In this document: piece by piece, positions 56,668 to 63,526 of the stretch
Layout of the letters: each line of letters begins with the position of its first letter
How positions within the stretch are numbered: the first letter of the stretch is position 1
DNA from: a virus
Lineage: Duplodnaviria; Caudoviricetes
IMG/VR virus record: IMGVR_UViG_3300024182_000007
Span: 1-63,526 of that record
DNA: 63,526 nucleotides
Reading direction: 5' to 3' (one strand)
Notes under the pieces: model-generated
Told to the model about the DNA's origin: nothing
The model's database searches: none
What the model saw: only the letters and a program-made list of their open reading frames with translations
Translations under genes and position numbers: made by a program

Positions 56668-58105
56668 CGATCTGCCAGCTTCCATCTCCCCTCCTCTCCT
56701 CCAGCTTCCTCTCCACTTGCAATGTGAAGTCGGCGTCTCCGCACCCGTATTGAACGGCGTCGGCCGGTTTACAGTTACCGATGCCCAGTATTGGGAGCTT
56801 CCCTATCCTCGCTTCTATGTAGACGCGATCGTCGTCGAACATCCCCTCATTCTTCGTCCATAACTCATCGGCCTTCTCCCACAGGTCGTATTCCGGATTG
56901 TTCGAGCACCTGATCATACGTATAAGGGCGCTCTCCACCGGAGATTTACGGGGAGTCTCCTTCACCCACGGGATAGTCTCCTCTCCCTTGCCGCAACCGC
57001 ACCGCCCGCATGCTTTACGCAAATGCGCTCTGCACTTGCAGGCTTTACACAAACGGGTCTTCATCGGCTTCAAATCAATGAGAGAAAGATCGGCTTGCGC
57101 TATACTCAGCGCCTCGGCCATCCACCCAACCGCCTTATCCCTGCTGGCCGGAGCGACGACATCCTCCCACGTGCGCATCGTCACCCCAAACAACCTATAC
57201 GCCAGCGCCTTGAGCTTCTGCGGAAGGTTCCCCTGCTGAAAAGCCTCTTGCATCGTGTCCCTGAACTTGTCCACTCGTATCCCGGCTTTCTCCAGCAGAT
57301 CGAGATCACCTGGCGCATTATGCAGAACGATCTCCTTCCCCTTGACGATCGCCGCCAGCTCCTTAACCGCCCATCCATACTCTTTCGTCAGCAACGCCAT
57401 ATACGCATGCCCCGGCGTGGACGCCCACTGAATCGAGAACGGCTCCCCCCCATGACTCTCCGTATCTATCGCTATCTGCTTAGCTCCTCTGAGCGTCTGC
57501 ATCTGACCGGCGTGCCTGATCAGAGAGTAATTCCCCGGAACCGAGTGATAGGTCGGCGGCATCCACCTATGCCTGAGCCATTTCCCCAATAACTCAAAGT
57601 CCTCAAGTAAAGGAGTCATGGCGTCGGTCTTAAACAGCCCCAGCGCGGGGTGATAAGTGGGCCATACCCATCCGTCGTACACTCCCATAAATCCCTTGAC
57701 CTTCTGCGGCCGTCCGTGGTGCGTCTCCAGATTGATTTCTATCCCTGCTCCCTTAGTCAGTTTGCAGGCGGTCGATCCCAGAAGAACGATGACTTCCGGC
57801 TTGCACGCTTCTATCTCTCTCGGGAGCCAATGACGCGCGCATCCCCATAGCTCTTTATCGGTGGGAGTTTTGTTGTTCTCGGCCCAGCACTTGACGCTAT
57901 TCGTTATTCTTACGTCAGGCCGCCTGAATCCGGCTATCTTCAGATACGTCTCGTCAAGCTCCTCCCCCGCTTTACCTACGAATACGTTCTGAAGCTTGTT
58001 CTCGTTCTCCCCCGGACGTTCGCCTATAAACAGGTAAGGACAAGGTAAAGGCCCGTCGCCCCGGATGGGATTAAAGGAATGGGGGCAGATCGGACAAGGC
58101 TGCAT
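56645..58105 (-). CDS. family-4 UDG-like domain fused to a 3'-5' exonuclease
   Basis: FIGERPG, FVGKAG, ITNSVKC, TYHPA; then IDTES, LHNA..DL, YGCGDAD. Confidence 0.9.
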   Translation of the reverse strand: MQPCPICPHSFNPIRGDGPLPCPYLFIGERPGENENKLQNVFVGKAGEELDETYLKIAGFRRPDVRITNSVKCWAENNKTPTDKELWGCARHWLPREIEACKPEVIVLLGSTACKLTKGAGIEINLETHHGRPQKVKGFMGVYDGWVWPTYHPALGLFKTDAMTPLLEDFELLGKWLRHRWMPPTYHSVPGNYSLIRHAGQMQTLRGAKQIAIDTESHGGEPFSIQWASTPGHAYMALLTKEYGWAVKELAAIVKGKEIVLHNAPGDLDLLEKAGIRVDKFRDTMQEAFQQGNLPQKLKALAYRLFGVTMRTWEDVVAPASRDKAVGWMAEALSIAQADLSLIDLKPMKTRLCKACKCRAHLRKACGRCGCGKGEETIPWVKETPRKSPVESALIRMIRCSNNPEYDLWEKADELWTKNEGMFDDDRVYIEARIGKLPILGIGNCKPADAVQYGCGDADFTLQVERKLEERRGDGSWQIDDEDADA

Positions 58106-58112
58106 GAGGATC

Positions 58113-58307
58113 TCATTCCGGCTTATGCTTTATATGAGTCGCTACTCTCACCGGCTTTTCTTCCCACATCTCGATCTGCGTCCCCTCTTTGACGGTCCGA
58201 TCGTTCAATAAGATCGAGACGCATTTCTCCGCCGTCTCTCTATCCGGCGCGAACAATTGCCTGCCGTGCGCCTCCCCCTGGACCTGAGCGGTGACTTTGA
58301 ATCTCAC
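58113..58307 (-). CDS. hypothetical protein
   Basis: GTGA overlap with the ERCC4 gene. Confidence 0.5.
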   Translation of the reverse strand: MRFKVTAQVQGEAHGRQLFAPDRETAEKCVSILLNDRTVKEGTQIEMWEEKPVRVATHIKHKPE

Positions 58308-59083
58308 TTTCTTCCCCCGTGTAGTATGCCCATTAAAGTCTCTACGGTCTTCGGCCCCAGCCCCGCCCTCTTCCAATCCTTAGCCGTCGCGTTGAACATC
58401 TCCTCCGGCTCCTTAAACTCCCTCGCCACGATCTCCGCCCGCCGATCCAACCCCGGTAGTTGAGCGGCCATCTTCCACGTATAGACCGCATTAGGCCCGC
58501 ACGTTCTCCTGATGTCGTCCTCCAAAGAAATGAAACGGGCCTTTCTCCCTATCCCGTTCGTAGGCTCCGGCGCGTATACCTGCTTGTGCGTCGAATGCTT
58601 CTCATACGCCTTCTGCCAGTACTTGTATCTCGACACGATAAACGCGGCCGTCTCTTGTTCGTTCTTCGTCTGCCTGACCCTGAATCCGAAGAACTCCTCC
58701 AGGCTAGCCAAGAAAGAATCGACTTCCACCCAAAGCACGGGTTGTTTCTTCGTCCCCCCTAAAACTCTCCACTCCCTCCCCCTGAGTTCTTCTAACGCGC
58801 CCGTCTTCCCGCACTGCCAGATCCCCTCTATAACCAGATATCTGACGTCGTACGTGCTCGCTACTCCAGGCGCCTGAAACCCTCCCAATCTCCTGTCACG
58901 CATGGAATTGACGAGATCCCTGATCTTCTTCCTCTCGACCCCGACTAATAGAGCCCCTTCCCCTTCAGCCCCATTCCCGCTCCAGCACGCATCTCCAAAC
59001 TCAAGCGTCGTCGTGGAGAGTTCGCATCCGTAGGGGCGGAAGCAGGGGAGGATATCCTGCTCTCTGCTGTCCAGCAAAATCAA
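58304..59083 (-). CDS. ERCC4/XPF-family nuclease (probable resolvase)
   Basis: LDSREQ, GD, VERKK..DLVNS, LVIEG; C-terminal HhH-like segment. Confidence 0.88.
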   Translation of the reverse strand: MILLDSREQDILPCFRPYGCELSTTTLEFGDACWSGNGAEGEGALLVGVERKKIRDLVNSMRDRRLGGFQAPGVASTYDVRYLVIEGIWQCGKTGALEELRGREWRVLGGTKKQPVLWVEVDSFLASLEEFFGFRVRQTKNEQETAAFIVSRYKYWQKAYEKHSTHKQVYAPEPTNGIGRKARFISLEDDIRRTCGPNAVYTWKMAAQLPGLDRRAEIVAREFKEPEEMFNATAKDWKRAGLGPKTVETLMGILHGGRK

Positions 59084-59084
59084 T

Positions 59085-59261
59085 TTATGCCCCTTTTGGC
59101 TTAATCGCCGCCATCGCCCTCCCCTGCAAGTCCATCACCCGCCCGTAATCATTCCACGTATCCGCCGGGATAGGCGAGTCGGCGGCGATCTTCAGCGCGT
59201 CCCTCATCGCGTCATTGGCCTTCTTCAAAGACGTATAAGCGTCCGTATTATCCGGTTTCAT
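59085..59261 (-). CDS. 58-aa hypothetical protein
   Basis: Hand translation MKPDNTDAYTSLKKANDAMRDALK... Confidence 0.5.
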   Translation of the reverse strand: MKPDNTDAYTSLKKANDAMRDALKIAADSPIPADTWNDYGRVMDLQGRAMAAIKPKGA

Positions 59262-59285
59262 CTCTCTTTCCTTCCTCCTCTTCCT

Positions 59286-60320
59286 TTATTTGGGCTTGGG
59301 AACTTCCATGATCGGATCGTCTTCCCATCTCGACCTGTTATAGGCCCTCAGCGCGTCCCTCAGCCCGATCTTGTTCCCGGCCAACTGATAAACCCCCTGC
59401 CAGTCCCGCTTGATATCGACCAGCGGATCGTACTGATGATCGACGAGAATCTTATATCGGCCGATATACTGCCGGTTGACCTTCGCCCCGTGCCAGTGAT
59501 GAATCGCGTGACAGGCCACATACCCGATATTCCTCTTCAAAACCTGGGCGTTTCTCTGCCACTGCTTAATCACCTGGACATAGCTCGAATCTCCCGGAAG
59601 CTTCTGCTGCAAGTGCTCCAGATTGGAGTCCGTCTTTCCGGCCAGTCCCATCGCCATGTGCCAGTCCCCCGACCCCAATATGCAGATATCCAATAGCCCG
59701 CCGATGGCGCTAAACGCCTCCGCCCGATAGCACCACGCCCCTCCCACCGCCCCGACCGCCGGAGCCCCGTACTCCCCCGGAAGTCTGCAATCCCCCGTCA
59801 CATAGTTATAGGTAAAGCTAGGCAGCGCTCTGGAGCACTGATGATTAGAATCCAAATCCGAATAAGAAGAAAACGGCTGGACGGCATCGTAATGCTGCAA
59901 CTGCTGGAGAACTTCCTGCGCCCAATCCGCCCGCGTGAACGTGATATCGGCGTCACAATAGCCGAAGTACTTAACTCCTAGAGGCAGACGGGCGAACCCT
60001 ATATTCAGCAGATTCTCCTTATGCCAGAGTTCCTCTCTCGATCTGAATTGAATGTGATGCGGATTCGCCGGATCGGTGACTTCAAACTGCCTGTCCCCGT
60101 AAGCCAGCTCGACGGTCAGCAGATTAACTCCGGAGTCCTCCATGTGCTTGGCGAACTTCCAGTAATTGTGATATCTCGATCTCCATCTCATAGGGTTGGA
60201 CATCGCCGTGACGATGAACAGTCTGTCCGGGAAGGGCCAGATTCGACCGACGCCCGTATGCGACCAGTGATCTATATAAGAGTCGGGATGAGGGGAAGGA
60301 ACGAACACGTCTTGTTTCAT
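59286..60320 (-). CDS. GT-A fold glycosyltransferase
   Basis: WHKENLLNIG, CDAD (DxD), GGAW, GSGD, HHWHG. Confidence 0.8.
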   Translation of the reverse strand: MKQDVFVPSPHPDSYIDHWSHTGVGRIWPFPDRLFIVTAMSNPMRWRSRYHNYWKFAKHMEDSGVNLLTVELAYGDRQFEVTDPANPHHIQFRSREELWHKENLLNIGFARLPLGVKYFGYCDADITFTRADWAQEVLQQLQHYDAVQPFSSYSDLDSNHQCSRALPSFTYNYVTGDCRLPGEYGAPAVGAVGGAWCYRAEAFSAIGGLLDICILGSGDWHMAMGLAGKTDSNLEHLQQKLPGDSSYVQVIKQWQRNAQVLKRNIGYVACHAIHHWHGAKVNRQYIGRYKILVDHQYDPLVDIKRDWQGVYQLAGNKIGLRDALRAYNRSRWEDDPIMEVPKPK

Positions 60321-60973
60321 ATGAATAGCTTGATTCTACTCTTGAACTTCCTCCCATCCAAAGACATGGCTTCCTCAGGGGACATCCCACGCACGTCGAT
60401 CCGATATTTGATCGTGGCTTGTCCAAGACCGGATTCTATAGTCCAATCTTGCATGCACTGTGTCCTTCCGAATGCTGTAATCCATATGTTTCTGCGCGTG
60501 TTGCGCGTTTGTTGATGCGGTAAAGTCCAAACGCAATTATCCGGCGAGTACCCCTTGTTGTTATTCAGTCGCTCGACACTGTGCTTTCGGCTAGGGCGCC
60601 TTCCCATGTCTGCGATGAAATTCTCGAATCTCATCCACCGTCGGCATATTCTGACGCCTCTTCCTCCATAGCGCTCGTACCCCTTGTAATTTTTGTTGTA
60701 GCAGCGCTGTTTAATCGCGTGGTACAGCTTGAATTCCGGGATTGTCGATAAGCCGTGCGTCGTTCTTGCTTCAGTCCCTAAACACCCGCAAGAACGAACC
60801 TGCTTCGAGGTCAGATTGCCTTGCTGAACGGCGGTGAGAGTTCCACAATCGCAAAGGCACAGCCAATAAAGTCTGGTCTTTTGAGGTCCCCGTCTGCTAT
60901 CGAAGCCCAATACAACAAGCCTATCGAAACGACGTCCGACCAAATGATCGTAGGTCTTCAAGCTCGCTGGCAT
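60317..60973 (-). CDS. HNH-type homing endonuclease
   Basis: CLCDCG, SCGC, YGGRG, F..DMG, SVERLNNNKGYSPDNCVW. Confidence 0.9.
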   Translation of the reverse strand: MPASLKTYDHLVGRRFDRLVVLGFDSRRGPQKTRLYWLCLCDCGTLTAVQQGNLTSKQVRSCGCLGTEARTTHGLSTIPEFKLYHAIKQRCYNKNYKGYERYGGRGVRICRRWMRFENFIADMGRRPSRKHSVERLNNNKGYSPDNCVWTLPHQQTRNTRRNIWITAFGRTQCMQDWTIESGLGQATIKYRIDVRGMSPEEAMSLDGRKFKSRIKLFI

Positions 60974-60977
60974 TTTG

Positions 60978-61814
60978 CTATTCCCAATCCTCCGGCGACG
61001 AATCCGGGTATATCAGCATGGCAAGCATCTGAAACGTAATTTGATCGTCCTCCAAAACCTGTTCCTCCCCGACCATCGAAGCGTTTGCTTGACACTGATT
61101 TATCGTAACATAAAAGGGCTTCCATCCCTCTTTATTCTTCTTCCCCCGGTAATGCCTGATCTCCACGTTGACGTGATACCCGATCTCCCCGAACCCCTTG
61201 CTCCTCGACTCATTGGTCGGCTGGTCGTTCTTCCATATGGCCTTCTCCTTGTGCGTAATCAGCAGGTGCTTCCCCGACACGGCGTTCAAAAAGTCGATCA
61301 TCTCCTGGTTATACATGCCCCTGTCCCTGGGCATGATCTTCTGATTTCGCCCGTAGCACGCATATAGAACATCCTCGGAGAGTTGAGAGCCCGTATCAAT
61401 CACAATACTCTTGCATTTCTTCTCCGGCATTTCGGCGAACTTAAACGCGGCTTCCTTGATCCTGTTCACATGCCACCGATAAAAGTGCATGCTGCAACAA
61501 TCGGGCATCTCGCTCCCGAATACCGGCTTCTTGAACTTGCCGCAGTCGTCGGGAAGCATCGCCAGTTGCATGGGATTCCCCACCCTTATCAAATCCTCCT
61601 TGGGCATGATGATCTTCTTCCCCATCTCCATCGCCGTCTTTCCGATGGTCGCCCGTGTCTTCCGATCCAGCGCCACTACGCCTATCGGAGAAGGAAAGGT
61701 AGCCGCGAAATGCGTCTTCCCCGATCCCTGCTCCCCTCTGCTGGACACCGACAACTTATCCTGCTCGCCGCCGGTCAGCTCCACGAACTCGATCGGATGG
61801 GCGACCTCCTTCAT
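60978..61814 (-). CDS. AAA_24/Sak4-like ATPase
   Basis: GEQGSGKTHFA, IVIDTG, LITH; next to the exonuclease. Confidence 0.75.
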   Translation of the reverse strand: MKEVAHPIEFVELTGGEQDKLSVSSRGEQGSGKTHFAATFPSPIGVVALDRKTRATIGKTAMEMGKKIIMPKEDLIRVGNPMQLAMLPDDCGKFKKPVFGSEMPDCCSMHFYRWHVNRIKEAAFKFAEMPEKKCKSIVIDTGSQLSEDVLYACYGRNQKIMPRDRGMYNQEMIDFLNAVSGKHLLITHKEKAIWKNDQPTNESRSKGFGEIGYHVNVEIRHYRGKKNKEGWKPFYVTINQCQANASMVGEEQVLEDDQITFQMLAMLIYPDSSPEDWE

Positions 61815-62572
61815 CTACACCGCCTCCCACTGGCCGTAAAATTCAGCGTGACTGACGCATTACTCAACGTCACCGCCTGACTGAACGGCGTAAACGAGCA
61901 CCGGCTCTTACTCGGCGTCACCACATAATTCCCCGCCGCTAATCCATTAAACGAATAAATCCCCGAGGGAGGCGTGATCATATTGGCCTGCGCCGCCCCG
62001 CTCAACCTCACGTTCGCCCCTCCCACTCCCACCGCCCCGGATATATTCCAGACGGTCGGCGGAGGGGGAGGGGGAGAAGCGGATATCGATACCGTCCCGC
62101 CCGATCCACCCGAACTGATGTATCTCCCCGCCGCGTCCGAAACCGTAACCCCCGTCACCGCTAGCGTGTCGATCTTCGGCCCCGGACCAGGCGCTATCCC
62201 CTGCGCTATCTGATACCGGATCGTCCCCAATAATCCGTTAGGGATGACATTTGAATTAGGAGGAGAGATTCCCGCTACCACGCAGACGGTCAGCCCCGTT
62301 TTCAGAGAGCAAGTGAGCGTCTTCCCGGCCGCCGTCACGCTCCCGCCTGGAGTAATCAGCCCTTGGGCGGTCGATAGATCGGAGAAGGGATGCGTCACCG
62401 TAAAGTTGAGCGCCGACGGCTGCGCTCCGCCCGTCGATGCCAATGAAACGCTTATATCTACCGTCCCCCCTGGAATCCCGCTTCCAGATCCAAGGGCGAT
62501 CGTCGCCGTCTGCGCCCCTGCCCATTTCAGACTCAGTCCGATTAGCGAACAGATAACCAATCGCAGTGTCAT
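61811..62572 (-). CDS. secreted-type cohesin + Ig-like (carboxypeptidase-regulatory-like) protein
   Basis: Signal MTLRLVICSLIGLSLKWAGA-Q; PGGTVDISVSL...SALNF...GKTLTC; poly-Pro linker; G.YSF.GL..GNYVVTP. Confidence 0.8.
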   Translation of the reverse strand: MTLRLVICSLIGLSLKWAGAQTATIALGSGSGIPGGTVDISVSLASTGGAQPSALNFTVTHPFSDLSTAQGLITPGGSVTAAGKTLTCSLKTGLTVCVVAGISPPNSNVIPNGLLGTIRYQIAQGIAPGPGPKIDTLAVTGVTVSDAAGRYISSGGSGGTVSISASPPPPPPTVWNISGAVGVGGANVRLSGAAQANMITPPSGIYSFNGLAAGNYVVTPSKSRCSFTPFSQAVTLSNASVTLNFTASGRRCR

Positions 62573-63213
62573 TCCGGTTTCACCTTCCCTTTGTTCTTTT
62601 CTATTAAGCGCCACGTATCGTCTACTTGAGTTTGGTCGAAGAGAATCAGATAGCGGATGTACTTAGCCTCTCGCGGCCACTTATAATCCCCGTTGATGAA
62701 GCAGACGTGCAGGCGCGCGAGGACGGAATCGTAAAACCCGCAGTAGGCCCGCATCTGGTGCATCCACAACCACTCCCGAAGGATATCCTTCCCATGTTTG
62801 GCCTTTTTGCCAGTAAATTTCATCTCTTCGACTACGACCGGAGTAAGGCCCGTATGAACTATTTCCGTTACGAGTTCGATGTCCTCAGAGATCGAGATGC
62901 CATCCGGGTTCCCATATACGCCCGCTCTCTCCTGCTCCCCCGGCTGCCACACCATCTCCGGATAAAAGCTCGCCGCGAACTCCTCCCAGGCGAATCCCAA
63001 CCCCATCCATAACGGCAGGTCCTCCTCCAATCTCTCCCCCGGCTTGAGAATCTTGGCTTGAACGGCGCAATGACGGAGAACGGCGGTCACATGCACGCCC
63101 TTCGATCGAATACGCGGAGAGAGACGGGATGATTTAGACGGCTGGAGGAGAGGGGAGCGCTTTAAGAGGTCGGCCATCTCGAACTGCACTTCCGTCTCCT
63201 CCAGGAGCTTCAC
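62569..63213 (-). CDS. PD-(D/E)XK (RecB/Cas4-like) exonuclease
   Basis: G...E, GNPDG, EEMKFT, QMRAY. Confidence 0.8.
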   Translation of the reverse strand: MKLLEETEVQFEMADLLKRSPLLQPSKSSRLSPRIRSKGVHVTAVLRHCAVQAKILKPGERLEEDLPLWMGLGFAWEEFAASFYPEMVWQPGEQERAGVYGNPDGISISEDIELVTEIVHTGLTPVVVEEMKFTGKKAKHGKDILREWLWMHQMRAYCGFYDSVLARLHVCFINGDYKWPREAKYIRYLILFDQTQVDDTWRLIEKNKGKVKPE

Positions 63214-63234
63214 GGATCACCTCCCTTCGACCGC

Positions 63235-63525
63235 TCACTTGAAGGTTACGACTCCATCCTCGATCTCATCGATCAGCCCTAGCTCGTCCTTCCCTGTCTC
63301 CTCCAGCCAAGGCGTATCGAACAGAGCCAGGACTTCCTTCGAGAGGGCTCCCTTGGTCTTATCCTTGATCATCTCCGCCTGGGCCAGCGTCTTTAGCTTC
63401 TTAATGGGAGCGGACTGCTCCGAGAGCTTACCGGCCAGAGTGGTAAGGATCTCGGTGGCCTTGTCTTTGGCCGCATCCCCTCCTCCTCCGTTCGTCTCAG
63501 CAGCGGCGTCCTTCTTCCCCGTCCC
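63235..63525 (-). CDS. C-terminal part of an ORF entering from the right end (probably the same gene as 1-624)
   Basis: Open frame GTGKKDAAAETNGGG...LIDEIEDGVVTFK*. Confidence 0.6.
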   Translation of the reverse strand, partial: GTGKKDAAAETNGGGGDAAKDKATEILTTLAGKLSEQSAPIKKLKTLAQAEMIKDKTKGALSKEVLALFDTPWLEETGKDELGLIDEIEDGVVTFK

Positions 63526-63526
63526 C

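Noticed and set aside
1-63526. tRNA, rRNA or CRISPR array
   Set aside because: No cloverleaf with T-loop consensus and no regularly spaced repeat-spacer array seen by eye. The ATAGTGC copies are too short and irregular.
1-63526. Diversity-generating retroelement or retron
   Set aside because: No reverse-transcriptase motifs and no template/variable repeat pair noticed
1-63526. Alternative genetic code
   Set aside because: Long genes translate fully with code 11, and TAA, TAG and TGA all serve as stops

Overview
The window looks like an essentially complete ~63.5-kb tailed dsDNA phage genome (Caudoviricetes). It is podovirus-like, with no tape-measure or sheath genes and three ejection-type genes after the nozzle. 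One minus-strand ORF appears to run across the two window ends, which suggests a circular or permuted assembly. Layout: (i) a minus-strand replication/recombination block at 52.7-63.5 kb continuing into 0-7.2 kb: PD-(D/E)XK exonuclease, Sak4-like ATPase, SSB-like protein, ERCC4 nuclease, split UDG-exo + PolA, MTase, glycosyltransferase, intein-containing DinG/XPD helicase, MCM-like AAA+, ParB, HTH and RHH regulators; (ii) a minus-strand early/accessory block at 8.0-14.6 kb: frameshifted tyrosine recombinase, small ORFs, MoxR AAA + DUF3150-like + metallopeptidase-VWA; (iii) a ~1-kb non-coding divergence region; (iv) a plus-strand block at 15.6-52.7 kb: fibre/adhesin cluster, terminases, portal, scaffold, capsid, tail and ejection genes, with two free-standing LAGLIDADG endonucleases. 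Most notable: (1) up to seven fibre/tailspike/adhesin-like proteins, including the tailspike in the core tail module, carry Sec-type signal peptides and mostly paired cysteines, alongside a nozzle with tandem repeats and no recognisable endolysin; (2) a 7-mer, ATAGTGC, occurs 12 times in one orientation and in all three reading frames within 2 kb; (3) a hidden operon of three small single-TM peptides; (4) a TCACGGT box inside four promoters; (5) a promoter-terminator unit in front of the capsid genes. All calls are by-eye motif recognition; no database search was run. An acidobacterial host is a weak inference only.
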